A DNA stretch of 64,000 nucleotides from the NCBI GenBank assembly GCA_050949045.1, contig JBMNEZ010000001.1, positions 320,001 through 384,000 on the forward strand, read 5' to 3'. Each line of letters begins with the position of its first letter. Positions within the stretch are counted from its first letter, which is position 1. This document shows positions 1 to 9,761 of the stretch, in pieces. The notes below the pieces were generated by a model. It did no database searches and was not told where the DNA came from. It saw only the letters and a list, made by a program, of their open reading frames with translations. Source of the stretch: Candidatus Izemoplasmatales bacterium. GTDB lineage: Bacteria > Bacillota_I > Bacilli_A > Izemoplasmatales > Hujiaoplasmataceae. The translations under genes were made by a program, and so were the position numbers.

Positions 1-630
1 ATAGGAGAAGACAGCTTCAAAGATGTCCTTGCGTTCCTCGGGAGATTTGCTTTTCTGGATGAAAGCGCGGTAGTTGGAATTGCTTATTTGGACGATTTCT
101 CCCGAGTCGAGCATCACGTCCTGATTCTCGATATCGGCGACGGAAAGCGAACTGTACAGTTCCGATCCGGTGCGGAACAAACGATTGAAGTTAGCGATCA
201 GCGCTTCTGATTTGTCGTCGAGAATGTGTTCTTGGCGGAGAAACAACTTTTCGAAATTAAACTTGAAATCTCTGATCTCAGGGTTGTTTTCGACGAAGGC
301 CAGAACCTTTTCCTTGCCGAGGGCAATCAATTCAGGTTCTTCAAAGGAAGTTGCCTGGTGGAGTTTGCTGTAGGCGATCTGGACAAGTTGCAGGCGGCTG
401 GCGTTCTCGGTGTCTTTTTTGTTCAGATCACTTTTCAGCATCGCGTACTGATAGACGCGGAGGCCGATTTTCTGGAACTCTTTCTGAAGGGTGAAATATT
501 GTTTGAATTCTTCTTCGTTGTGCAGTTTGCCTTTGTATGTTGCGAGCGCTTCAATGATTGAAAGCGTCTGTTTATAGGCATCCTCGTAGGCTTCAATGGT
601 GGGAAACAGATAAGTTAGATCCCATTTCAT
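1..630 (-). CDS. pepF: Oligoendopeptidase F (M3B), 5' part; runs off the window edge
   Basis: Hand translation from CAT at 628-630 gives MKWDLTYLFPTIEAYEDAYKQTLSIIEALATYKGKL...VYQYAMLKSDLN...LFLRQEHILDDKSEALI, matching the PepF N-terminus (WDL, HxL motifs). AGGAGG RBS on the minus strand at 641-646. Absent from the ORF track because no stop codon lies in the window. Confidence 0.85.
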   Translation of the reverse strand, partial: MKWDLTYLFPTIEAYEDAYKQTLSIIEALATYKGKLHNEEEFKQYFTLQKEFQKIGLRVYQYAMLKSDLNKKDTENASRLQLVQIAYSKLHQATSFEEPELIALGKEKVLAFVENNPEIRDFKFNFEKLFLRQEHILDDKSEALIANFNRLFRTGSELYSSLSVADIENQDVMLDSGEIVQISNSNYRAFIQKSKSPEERKDIFEAVFSY

Positions 631-741
631 AGTTGTATTTCCTCCTTGATGTTTATATATTTATTATACCATCTTCTGGGAATCTGATTACAAAACTGTG
701 AGAATATGCTATAATATTTGTCGCGAAAGTGAGGTCAGGCC

Positions 742-1176
742 ATGATTACCCTATACACCAGTTCTAGTTGTTCTTCTTGTCGCAAGGCTAAGCGCTGGCT
801 TGAAGATCACCAGATCCCCTTTAAGGAAAAGAACATCATTGGGATTCGCTTGACCCGGGATGACATCATCAAGATGCTAAAATACTCGGAGAACGGCTTC
901 GAGGACATCATCTCCACCAGATCGAAAGTCTTCAAGGAAAGAAACCTTGATGTCGACGAGATGCGTTTTGGCGAGCTGGCGGATTTTATCATCGACAACC
1001 CAACGATCCTCAAACGGCCGATCATCATCAATGACAAAATCATGCAGACGGGATACAACGAGGACGAGATCCGTGCCTTTATTCCTAGGCATTTCCGCGA
1101 TGAAATCATGTGTTCCGGATGCGATGACGACTGTGAGTATAAGCGTTGCCTCCAAAAAGGTTTGGTCAAAAACTAG
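742..1176 (+). CDS. spx: Spx/MgsR family transcriptional regulator with Cys-rich C-terminal tail
   Basis: N-terminal CSSC (CxxC), NGFEDIISTRS and LKRPII motifs, GYNEDEIR; GAGGT RBS. Confidence 0.9.
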   Translation: MITLYTSSSCSSCRKAKRWLEDHQIPFKEKNIIGIRLTRDDIIKMLKYSENGFEDIISTRSKVFKERNLDVDEMRFGELADFIIDNPTILKRPIIINDKIMQTGYNEDEIRAFIPRHFRDEIMCSGCDDDCEYKRCLQKGLVKN

Positions 1177-1198
1177 TACAAGAATCACAAAATATTTT

Positions 1199-1224
1199 GC
1201 ATCCGCTTGAAAGCGGATGCTTTT
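1199..1224 (+). terminator. Intrinsic terminator after spx
   Basis: GCATCCGCT/AGCGGATGC stem followed by TTTT. Confidence 0.8.
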
Positions 1225-1292
1225 CATTATTGATTGTTGTTTGTCCGCTTAGGGATTGAATGGTTCTGTAAGCGTTTTAATCGATTGATTTC

Positions 1293-1321
1293 TTGTAAAT
1301 TACCGATAAATAGGGTAAAAT
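1293..1321 (+). promoter_or_regulatory. Sigma-A promoter of gap
   Basis: TTGTAA-17 nt-TAAAAT. Confidence 0.55.
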
Positions 1322-1358
1322 ATAAATGCATGAAAATTAACTATCGGAGGTAAATATA

Positions 1359-2369
1359 ATGGCATTAAAAGTAGCAATCAATGGTTTTGGCCGCATTGGC
1401 AGACTCGCATTCAGAGAAATGTTCGGCAATCCCGATTTCCAGATCGTCGGTATCAACGATTTGACAGATGCGAGGCAACTAGCTTATCTGCTCCGTTATG
1501 ACAGTTCCCAAGGCAGATACGAACGCAAAATCTCCCACAGTGAAAACGAACTGGTGGTTGACGGAGTTAAAATTCCGGTCTTTGCCCAGAAAAACCCGCA
1601 AGACTTGCCCTGGAAAGAACTCAAAGTGGATGTCGTTTTGGAATGCACGGGCATCTTCGTTTCAAGGGAAAAAGCCACGTGGCATCTCGATGCCGGCGCA
1701 AAGCGTGTCATCATCAGCGCTCCCGCCAAGGACAAAGACGTTCCGACGGTCGTCTATGGCGTCAACGAAAAATCACTTACCGGCAAGGAAACGATCATCT
1801 CCGCTGCTTCCTGCACCACCAACTGCTTAGCGCCGATCGCCAAGATTTTGCATGAGAATTTCGGCATCGTCAGGGGTTTTATGACAACTGTCCATGCCTA
1901 CACCAATGACCAAGCGACTTTGGACATCCCCCACTCAAAGGGAATTGATTCCCGTCGGGGAAGAGCCGCAGCCGCGAACATCGTACCGACTACTACCGGA
2001 GCTGCCAAAGCGGTAGCCTTGGTGCTCCCTGATCTCAAAGGCAAACTCGATGGCATCGCCCTTAGAGTTCCTGTCATCACCGGCTCGGTCGTGGACTTGG
2101 TGTTTGAACCGGCAAAAAATGTGACCGTTGATGAAATCAACCAAGCGGTCAAGAACGCCGCATCCGATGTCGTTGGCTACACCGAAGATCCGATTGTCTC
2201 AAGCGATGTCATCGGTACCAGTTATGGCACGCTGTTCGATGCTCAGAGTACAAAAATTCTCGAAGACAACGGCAAGCAACTGGTTAAAATCATCAGTTGG
2301 TATGATAACGAATATGGTTTCACCGCGCAAATGATCCGGACACTCAAACATTTTGGAAAATTGATCTAG
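1359..2369 (+). CDS. gap: Type I glyceraldehyde-3-phosphate dehydrogenase
   Basis: INGFGRIGR, ASCTTNCL and WYDNE motifs. Confidence 0.98.
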   Translation: MALKVAINGFGRIGRLAFREMFGNPDFQIVGINDLTDARQLAYLLRYDSSQGRYERKISHSENELVVDGVKIPVFAQKNPQDLPWKELKVDVVLECTGIFVSREKATWHLDAGAKRVIISAPAKDKDVPTVVYGVNEKSLTGKETIISAASCTTNCLAPIAKILHENFGIVRGFMTTVHAYTNDQATLDIPHSKGIDSRRGRAAAANIVPTTTGAAKAVALVLPDLKGKLDGIALRVPVITGSVVDLVFEPAKNVTVDEINQAVKNAASDVVGYTEDPIVSSDVIGTSYGTLFDAQSTKILEDNGKQLVKIISWYDNEYGFTAQMIRTLKHFGKLI

Positions 2370-2373
2370 TCTC

Positions 2374-2399
2374 AAAGCATCCTCAGGGATGCTTTTTTT
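2374..2399 (+). terminator. Intrinsic terminator after gap
   Basis: AAAGCATCC-TCAG-GGATGCTTT plus a T run. Confidence 0.85.
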
Positions 2400-2609
2400 C
2401 TTCAGGGATGTGATCTGCCTAGTATTTGTGGACAATCTTCTGACGGTGTTTTCGAGATTCAAAACCATCCGCTCAATGTTTCTTGTTGTTATCATCATCG
2501 CCTGAAGAAACTAGATAATTGAAAATAATCCAAAGAGAAAAACACGGATTTAGTGCTCTTTTTTCACCCATATGATATAATAAGCGAAAAGATGAGAGAG
2601 GTGAAAGCC

Positions 2610-3881
2610 ATGAACAAGGAATCATTCATCGCCAACCGCCAAGCCTTCATCGACAAAATGACGGCACCTTCGTTCGCTTTGTTTTTTTCGGGTTCCGCCC
2701 CGGAAAAGTCAAACGATCAACGCTATCCTTTCATATGCGATCGGAATTTCTATTATCTTACTGGAATTATGCGTGAGAATTTCACCCTTCTCCTCGTGAA
2801 AGGTGCGAAGTTGGAAAGGTCTTTTCTTTTTATCGAAGAGCCGAGCGACTACGCTACCAAATGGCTGGGTAAGCGGATGACGGCGAGCGAGGCCGCCGAA
2901 CTTTCGGGAATCGCTGAGACGGATATCAAGTTAAATCAGGAGTTTGATGATTATCTCCATCAGGCGGTGCTGTCAGATTCGCGCAGAGCGCTGATCGAGC
3001 TGCCGAGCTTCCTTTATCTTGATCTTTATCGAGCCAAGCCTTACAAGGTCGCGAAAAGCCTCGAAGTGACCGCTAACCTTCGAAAAGCCTATCCGGAAAT
3101 CGTCGTCAGAAACGCCAACGACATCGCCTACTGGCTTAGGTCAATCAAAAGCGACAGAGAAGTCAGGATGATCGAACAAGCAATCGCTTATACGAAAATT
3201 GGCATCGAGGCCATAATGGCCAACGCCAAGGCCGGAGTCAACGAAAGGCAATTAGATGCCTTGTTCGACTTTACGATCAGGGTCAATGGTAGCGATGGCA
3301 CAGCTTTCAACACGATCGTTGCCTCCGGTAAGAACGCGACCATTCTTCATTACGAGCAAAACGACCGTAATATAAAAGATAATGATCTAGTCCTCATCGA
3401 CCTCGGGGCCCTTTCCGGGCCGTACGCAGCCGATATTACCAGGACCTTCCCGGTTAACGGAAAGTTCACGGAAAGGCAAAAGGAAATCTACAGTCTCGTT
3501 CTCGATGTCAATAAAAAGACGATCGCAATGGTGAAACCGGGACTGACTGTCCCCGAACTGAACAAGTTCGCAAGCGACGAGCTCGCCAAAGGGCTGTTAA
3601 AACTAGGCCTCATCAAGGATGTTTCCGAAATTGGCAAGTACTATTATCATACGGTCAGCCATTATCTCGGACTTGATGTCCATGATGTCGGTACCTATCA
3701 GCGCCCGCTTGAAGCAGGCATGGTGATCACCGTTGAACCCGGTATTTACATTGAAGATGAAGGGATCGGTATCCGCATCGAAGACGATGTTCTCGTGACG
3801 GAAAAGGGACACAGAAACTTAAGCGAGACTATCGTCAAGGAAATCGCCGCGATCGAGGAACTGATGGCTTTAAACCCCTAG
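2610..3881 (+). CDS. pepP: Xaa-Pro aminopeptidase (M24B)
   Basis: NFYYLTG, ADITRTFP, HYLGLDVHD, TVEPGIY, GIRIEDD; start set at ATG 2610 behind a GAGGTG RBS. Confidence 0.92.
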   Translation: MNKESFIANRQAFIDKMTAPSFALFFSGSAPEKSNDQRYPFICDRNFYYLTGIMRENFTLLLVKGAKLERSFLFIEEPSDYATKWLGKRMTASEAAELSGIAETDIKLNQEFDDYLHQAVLSDSRRALIELPSFLYLDLYRAKPYKVAKSLEVTANLRKAYPEIVVRNANDIAYWLRSIKSDREVRMIEQAIAYTKIGIEAIMANAKAGVNERQLDALFDFTIRVNGSDGTAFNTIVASGKNATILHYEQNDRNIKDNDLVLIDLGALSGPYAADITRTFPVNGKFTERQKEIYSLVLDVNKKTIAMVKPGLTVPELNKFASDELAKGLLKLGLIKDVSEIGKYYYHTVSHYLGLDVHDVGTYQRPLEAGMVITVEPGIYIEDEGIGIRIEDDVLVTEKGHRNLSETIVKEIAAIEELMALNP

Positions 3882-3891
3882 GCATTGCTCT

Positions 3892-6126
3892 ATGACCTAT
3901 ATCGAAGGCACGATCAAGAATCATCTATTCTATAACGAGGAGAGTTCTTACTCGGTTTTGAGGCTGGAAATTCTCGATACCGATGACAAGGAGATCATCA
4001 GATATGAACCCACAATCATCGTTTGTGGGTTTTTTCCGCGTTTGGATCAGCACAAGACCTACCGCTTTTACGGTGAGGTGAAGGAACACCCCAAATACGG
4101 GATTCAATACCAGGCAACCCGTTTTGAAAGCGTTGTTGAACAGACGACATCCGGGCTTGTGGAATATCTGGCTTCCGATCTCTTCAAAGGGGTTGGCCCC
4201 AAACTCGCCCAGGCGATCGTCGATCAACTGGGCAATACCGCCCTCGAGAAGATCGCCAATGACAAGCATGTTTTGGATACCATCCCCCGGCTCGGAGCCA
4301 AGAAACGCGACCAGATCCAGAAGACGATCATCGAGAATCGGGCGGCGGAAAAAGCGATGGTCTGGCTCTTTGGTTTTCAGATTTCTCCGAAGATGGCCAT
4401 CAAGATCTACGACCGCTTTGGTTTCGCCGCTATCGAGATTGTCAAGGAAAACCCTTATGTATTGATGGATACGATTGAGATGGTCGGTTTCAAAAGGGCC
4501 GATGAGATTGCGTTTCGGATCGGGTTTTCCTACGATCACCCCTATCGGATCAGGGCGGTGATCCTCTATCTTTTGAGCGAATACATGAACAAGTACGGAG
4601 ACACTTATGTGCCACTCGATAAAATGATCGAATACGCGCTGTCCTATCTGAACGCCGGGAGAGATCTCAGGGTGGATGAAAGCGTCATCCATAACGAATT
4701 GATGTATCTTGTGGATAGTGAGAAGATCATCGACCAAGACGGTCGCATCAGTTATCGATCGATGTATGATGCCGAACTGACGATCGCCAGGACCATTAGG
4801 GATCATTCTCGTCTGGGTGGTGAGCGGCTGTTAGAAACCGATGTCGAGGGATATCTTGACACTTTTGCGAAAGCAAGAGGAATCGTTTACACAAACAAAC
4901 AGTATCTCGCAATCAAGAAAGCTCTGATGGAACATTTGGTCATCATCACCGGCGGGCCCGGAACGGGCAAGACGACGATCATCGACGGCATCGCCCACAT
5001 CTACCAGATGATGCATCCAAATGACAAGATGCTTAGCGAGAAAATCAAATTGGCAGCGCCGACGGGTAAAGCCGCCAAAAGGCTCCAAGAGGCGACCGGT
5101 CTGGAGGCGACCACCATCCATCGCTTGCTCGGATATGACTACGAGGGCAATTTCGCCTTCGGTTTGCATAACAAAATTGATGCTCGGCTGATCGTTCTCG
5201 ACGAAGTTTCGATGCTCGACACCTTGCTCTGTCACCAGTTTTTCCAAGCCTTGTCACCGAGGACAAAACTGGTCCTGGTAGGAGATGAGAACCAGTTGCC
5301 TTCGGTCGGACCGGGACAGATCCTCGCCGACTTGATCAAGGCCGATATTTTTACTCATGTTCGCCTCGATCACATCCATCGCCAGGCAACCGGTTCGAAA
5401 ATCATCTCGCTCGCCTACGATGTCTTGGATCAAAATGCCGCCAACCTCGATTATTCGCTTTCTGGCGATGTCCTCTTTGAACCTTCGAGAGATACTTTGA
5501 TCGCGGATTGCATTTTGAAAAATGTCAAGGAAGCCATTGATGAGGGCTATAATCTTCATGAGGACATCCAGGTTGTCGTTCCCGTGTATAAGGGCATCAA
5601 TGGCATCGACCGCCTCAATACTTTGATGCAAGAACGTTTCAATCACCACCATCAAGCCCATAAGATCAGCCACGGCGAGAAGTGTTTCTACTTCAACGAT
5701 AAAGTGATGCAGTTGGTTAATCAGCCCGAAGACGGGATCATGAACGGCGATATCGGCATTGTCACCGGCATCATCGAAGACAAGGAACTGCTTGTCGATT
5801 TCGGAGGGAAACAAGTTAAATACAACGTGAACGACTTTGACAACCTGACGCTCGCCTACGCCATCAGCATCCACAAGTCCCAGGGCAGCGAGTTCAAGGT
5901 TGTGATTTTGCCACTGGCAAGGAGCCACCAAATGATGCTGAGACGCAAGTTGCTCTACACCGCCATCACCAGGGCGAAAGAAAAACTGGTCATGGTTGGC
6001 GAATGGGGAGCCCTCGTAAGGGGAATTCATGGCTATGACCCCGAGCGGAAGACTTGGCTCATGGAGTTTTTGTTTACTGAAGACGATCAAGGCGATCGGC
6101 ATTTCACGATCGAAGATTTTCTCTAA
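3892..6126 (+). CDS. recD2: ATP-dependent RecD2-like DNA helicase
   Basis: HPKYG, GGPGTGKTT Walker A, APTGKAA, TIHRLLG, LVGDENQLPSVGPG, HKSQGSEF, LLYTAITRAK. Confidence 0.95.
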   Translation: MTYIEGTIKNHLFYNEESSYSVLRLEILDTDDKEIIRYEPTIIVCGFFPRLDQHKTYRFYGEVKEHPKYGIQYQATRFESVVEQTTSGLVEYLASDLFKGVGPKLAQAIVDQLGNTALEKIANDKHVLDTIPRLGAKKRDQIQKTIIENRAAEKAMVWLFGFQISPKMAIKIYDRFGFAAIEIVKENPYVLMDTIEMVGFKRADEIAFRIGFSYDHPYRIRAVILYLLSEYMNKYGDTYVPLDKMIEYALSYLNAGRDLRVDESVIHNELMYLVDSEKIIDQDGRISYRSMYDAELTIARTIRDHSRLGGERLLETDVEGYLDTFAKARGIVYTNKQYLAIKKALMEHLVIITGGPGTGKTTIIDGIAHIYQMMHPNDKMLSEKIKLAAPTGKAAKRLQEATGLEATTIHRLLGYDYEGNFAFGLHNKIDARLIVLDEVSMLDTLLCHQFFQALSPRTKLVLVGDENQLPSVGPGQILADLIKADIFTHVRLDHIHRQATGSKIISLAYDVLDQNAANLDYSLSGDVLFEPSRDTLIADCILKNVKEAIDEGYNLHEDIQVVVPVYKGINGIDRLNTLMQERFNHHHQAHKISHGEKCFYFNDKVMQLVNQPEDGIMNGDIGIVTGIIEDKELLVDFGGKQVKYNVNDFDNLTLAYAISIHKSQGSEFKVVILPLARSHQMMLRRKLLYTAITRAKEKLVMVGEWGALVRGIHGYDPERKTWLMEFLFTEDDQGDRHFTIEDFL

Positions 6127-6140
6127 TTCGGTGTTTTTGA

Positions 6141-6169
6141 TTGCATACCATCCCTTTTTGGGGTATAAT
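6141..6169 (+). promoter_or_regulatory. Sigma-A promoter of the alaS leader
   Basis: TTGCAT-17 nt-TATAAT. Confidence 0.75.
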
Positions 6170-6177
6170 GTCTGTAA

Positions 6178-6388
6178 ATCGATGCGAAAGCCAAGTAGTG
6201 CCCCCGACAGCTTTCAAGAGAGTCCGGATTTGGTGTGACCGGACAGGCCCGGCAGGTGCGAAGCTCCTTTCAAGAGATGGAAAAACCGTCCGCAGTCCGG
6301 CGTTAAAGGCATTGAGTGCTAGTTATCTAGAACAAAGGTGGTACCGCGAGCAATCGTCCTTTACTTTGAAGGATGTTTTTCTTTTTTG
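6178..6388 (+). promoter_or_regulatory. T-box riboswitch (Ala) upstream of alaS
   Basis: AGAGA and GGTGTGA stem-I motifs, GAA-GCT specifier (GCU = Ala), T-box AAGGTGGTACCGCG at about 6335-6348, terminator CGTCCTT...AAGGATG followed by a T run. Confidence 0.92.
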
Positions 6389-6403
6389 ACGGAGGTAGTG
6401 AGC

Positions 6404-9040
6404 ATGAAGTACCTTAGTGGCAACGAGATCCGTAATCTTTGGCTTGAGTTTTTCAAAGGAAAGGGGCATTTAGTAGAACCGGGGGCATCTTTGATCCCCA
6501 ACGATGACCCGACTTTGTTATGGATGAACGCCGGTGTTGCGGCTTTGAAAAAATACTTTGACGGCAGCGTCATCCCGAAGAATCCCCGCATCGTCAATGT
6601 TCAAAAATGCATCCGCACGAATGATATCGAACACGTGGGCAAAACGGCGAGACACCATACTTTTTTCGAGATGCTCGGCAATTTCTCGATCGGCGACTAT
6701 TTTCGCGATCAGGCGCTCGAATGGGCCTATGAATGGCTGACGAGCGAGAAATGGCTCGGGCTTCCGAAGGAAAAACTCTACATAACCGTTTATTCAGCCG
6801 ACCACGAAACCGCTGAAAAGTGGGTCGCTCTCGGCATCGACTCTAGCCATATCGTCGCCACCGTCGATCAAAACTTCTGGGAGATCGGCGAAGGCCCCTC
6901 TGGTCCCTGCACCGAGATCTTTTTCGATCGTGGTGAAAAGTACGGAGATTTTAGCATTGAAGCGATCCGCGACGATATCGAGAACGACCGTTTTGTGGAA
7001 ATCTGGAATATCGTTCTCTCGCAGTTCAACGCCAAGGCGGGAATGAAGCGGGAAGAGTATCCCGAACTCCCGAGCAAGAATATCGATACGGGCAGCGGTC
7101 TCGAACGCGTGGCTATGGTCGTTCAGGAAGTTGAAACCAACTACGAGACCGACCTCTTTTATCCGATCATCAAGAAAATCGAAGCGATTTCGGGGATTGA
7201 TTATCACGGCCAAATGGCCTTCAAGGTCATCGCCGACCATATCAGGACGGTCTCTTTCGCGATATCCGATGGGGCGATCCTTTCCAACGAAGGACGCGGC
7301 TATGTACTCAGAAGGCTTTTAAGAAGAGCGGTCAAGTACGGTCGGAAACTCGGGATCGAAAAACCGTTCATGGCTAAGTTGGTCGACATTGTTGAGAAGA
7401 TTATGGCTGACTTTTATCCCAATATCAGGACACAGAAAGATTTGATCAAAAGGATTGTTAGCCAGGAAGAAACCAAATTTCTCGAGACGCTTTCACAAGG
7501 CGAGAAACGTTTCCAGGCCATTGCCGGAGCCAAAAAGAACAAAATCATCCCTGGGAAGGATGCCTTTCTGCTTTACGATACTTTCGGTTTTCCGATCGAA
7601 TTGACCATCGAGTATGCCGAGGAAATCGGCTACAAAGTCGATACAATGGAATTTGAGCGCGAAATGGAGAAACAGAAGGAAAGAGCAAGAAAAGCAAGGA
7701 AGGAAATCAGTTCGATGAAATCGCAGAACGAAGAGTATCTCGAGTTCAAAGAACCAAGTGAATTCATCGGTTACGATACCCTGCTTTTCGAAAGCAAGAT
7801 TATCAAAATTCTTAAAGAAGGACTGGTCCTCGACAAAACGCCTTTTTATGCGACTTCTGGTGGACAGGTGGCTGATACCGGCGTCGTTTACAACGATGAT
7901 TTTTCAGCCAGAATCACCGATGTCTCCAAACTTCCGAACGGTCAGCATCTCCACCACTATGAGTTGGTCGAAGGCAAACCAAAGGAAGGCGCAAAGGTCA
8001 TCGCCAAAGTCGATGAGCAAAGACGGCGACAGATCACTTTACACCATTCGGCTACGCATTTGTTGTTCAAGGCGCTGAGAGATCAGCTCGGCAATCATGT
8101 TTCCCAGCAGGGGAGTCAGGTATCGGACGAATCTCTTCGTTTCGACTTCAACCATTATGAGCTACCAAGCGACGATCAGATCTTGAAACTTGAAAAGACA
8201 GTCAATGAGATGATCCAGGAACCCTTCGTTGCAAAGACTGAGATTTTACCCATCGATCAAGCCGTCAAGAAGGGCGCGATCGCCGAATTCGGGGAAAAGT
8301 ACGAGGGAAAAGTCCGTACTGTGAATCTCAAATACACTCTTGATCTCTGCGGCGGAACGCATGTCGACAATCTTCACAATATCGAAAGATTCGCGATTCG
8401 CTCGGTATTTTCAATTGGTTCGGGAATCTACCGGACCGAAGCTCTGGCAGGTCCAAAAGTCGATGATCTCAAGGAAGTTTACCACAACATTGAAGACAAT
8501 ATCGAACAGATCAAGCATAAAATGGAACAAACCATCATCAAGGCCAAAGAACAAGGAATCGATCTAAAAATGCCGGATATTCCTTCCGGTGAGGAGACTG
8601 GCAGTTATCAGGATATCATCAACAAGCGTCAGGAATTCCAACTCGTCCAGCAATTGGCCAAGGATCTCGACAAGGAATTTAACCGCAAGAAAGAACAATT
8701 GCTGGGAATGGGAATCGAGAAATACCTAAATGATCTCGAAGACGGGAAACTGATTCTTTCTCTCGAAGATACCGATCTTCAGACCGTAAAACAACTGGCG
8801 GACAACCTCGCCAACTGCGATGGTGTCGATATTGTCTTTATCGCATCAAGAAATGAAGATAAGCTGACTTTTGTTGCTAAGAGCAATGATCCTAAACTAC
8901 ATGCCGGAAGCATCGTCAAGGAAGCCGCCAGTTTGACCGGCGGCAGCGGTGGTGGGAAAGCCGATTTCGCTCAAGGCGGTGGAAAGGATCCTGGTAAACT
9001 AGATGCTGCTCTATTCCGGGTCAGGGAGTTGTTAAAATGA
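6404..9040 (+). CDS. alaS: Alanine--tRNA ligase
   Basis: RHHTFFEMLGNFS, IDTGSGLER, HSATHLL and CGGTH editing motifs, C-terminal GGGK/AQGGG; start ATG 6404 behind GGAGG. Confidence 0.98.
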   Translation: MKYLSGNEIRNLWLEFFKGKGHLVEPGASLIPNDDPTLLWMNAGVAALKKYFDGSVIPKNPRIVNVQKCIRTNDIEHVGKTARHHTFFEMLGNFSIGDYFRDQALEWAYEWLTSEKWLGLPKEKLYITVYSADHETAEKWVALGIDSSHIVATVDQNFWEIGEGPSGPCTEIFFDRGEKYGDFSIEAIRDDIENDRFVEIWNIVLSQFNAKAGMKREEYPELPSKNIDTGSGLERVAMVVQEVETNYETDLFYPIIKKIEAISGIDYHGQMAFKVIADHIRTVSFAISDGAILSNEGRGYVLRRLLRRAVKYGRKLGIEKPFMAKLVDIVEKIMADFYPNIRTQKDLIKRIVSQEETKFLETLSQGEKRFQAIAGAKKNKIIPGKDAFLLYDTFGFPIELTIEYAEEIGYKVDTMEFEREMEKQKERARKARKEISSMKSQNEEYLEFKEPSEFIGYDTLLFESKIIKILKEGLVLDKTPFYATSGGQVADTGVVYNDDFSARITDVSKLPNGQHLHHYELVEGKPKEGAKVIAKVDEQRRRQITLHHSATHLLFKALRDQLGNHVSQQGSQVSDESLRFDFNHYELPSDDQILKLEKTVNEMIQEPFVAKTEILPIDQAVKKGAIAEFGEKYEGKVRTVNLKYTLDLCGGTHVDNLHNIERFAIRSVFSIGSGIYRTEALAGPKVDDLKEVYHNIEDNIEQIKHKMEQTIIKAKEQGIDLKMPDIPSGEETGSYQDIINKRQEFQLVQQLAKDLDKEFNRKKEQLLGMGIEKYLNDLEDGKLILSLEDTDLQTVKQLADNLANCDGVDIVFIASRNEDKLTFVAKSNDPKLHAGSIVKEAASLTGGSGGGKADFAQGGGKDPGKLDAALFRVRELLK

Positions 9041-9459
9041 GGTATCTCGGGCTTGATCTCGGGACGAAGACCCTGGGTATCGCAATGAGCGATCCTTCGG
9101 GGATCATCGCCTCGGCGTACGAAACGTTCATATTCGCCGAGAATGACTATGAGAGTGCAGCGAGGAAAGTAGTTTCCCTGGTTCAAGAGTTCAAGATCAA
9201 AGGCATCATCCTCGGTCTGCCGCGAAACATGGACGGGACGCTGGGATTCCAGGCGCACCGGAGCGAGGACTTTCAAACTAGGCTGAGTGCTATGGTCACG
9301 GTCCCCGTCATCCTTTGGGACGAGCGGTTAACGACGAAGGTGGCTGAGCAGACGATGACAAAAGCAAAAACGAAAACAAAGCATAAAAAACAAATCGTGG
9401 ACCGATTGGCCGCAACCATTTTGTTGCAGAGCTATCTCGACAAACAAAGGAGCGCATGA
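9037..9459 (+). CDS. ruvX: YqgF/RuvX family RNase H-fold nuclease
   Basis: GLDLGTKTLGIA, GLPRNMDG, WDERLTT, AATILLQSYLD. Confidence 0.95.
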   Translation: MRYLGLDLGTKTLGIAMSDPSGIIASAYETFIFAENDYESAARKVVSLVQEFKIKGIILGLPRNMDGTLGFQAHRSEDFQTRLSAMVTVPVILWDERLTTKVAEQTMTKAKTKTKHKKQIVDRLAATILLQSYLDKQRSA

Positions 9460-9758
9460 TAAGTATGGAAAAAGAATATTTATTGGTTACCGATGAGGAA
9501 GGCAATGAAATCGAATGCGAGATCATCATGACTTTCACATCGGATGAGTTTAACAAATCATATGTCGTCTATCAGATCAAGGATGACGAATCCGACGAGT
9601 ATTATGCCGCCAGCTACAATCCCGATGACGGCGATGAGGGCAGACTGTTCGAAATCGAAACCGAAGAGGAATGGAATCTGATCGAGGAAGTGCTCGAGAG
9701 TTTTCTTGAGGAAAACGAGGAAGAAAACGACGAAGAATCTGTTTCGGAAACCGAATAG
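9456..9758 (+). CDS. DUF1292 (YrzB-like) acidic protein
   Basis: DEEGNE, FNKSYVVY and IETEEEW motifs; conserved position after ruvX. Confidence 0.85.
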   Translation: MISMEKEYLLVTDEEGNEIECEIIMTFTSDEFNKSYVVYQIKDDESDEYYAASYNPDDGDEGRLFEIETEEEWNLIEEVLESFLEENEEENDEESVSETE

Positions 9759-9761
9759 GGA

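Noticed and set aside
170..561. Plus-strand ORFs of 67 and 111 aa
   Set aside because: They are antisense to the partial pepF gene on the minus strand.
3925..6102. Long antisense ORFs (293 aa at 3925-4806 and 282 aa at 5254-6102) opposite recD2
   Set aside because: They lie antisense to a conserved gene and have no motifs. The ATC/GAT/GAC-rich codon usage suppresses antisense stops throughout this window.
6141..6403. 82-aa ORF and the N-terminal extension of alaS
   Set aside because: The region is the T-box leader; the real start is ATG 6404 with a GGAGG RBS.
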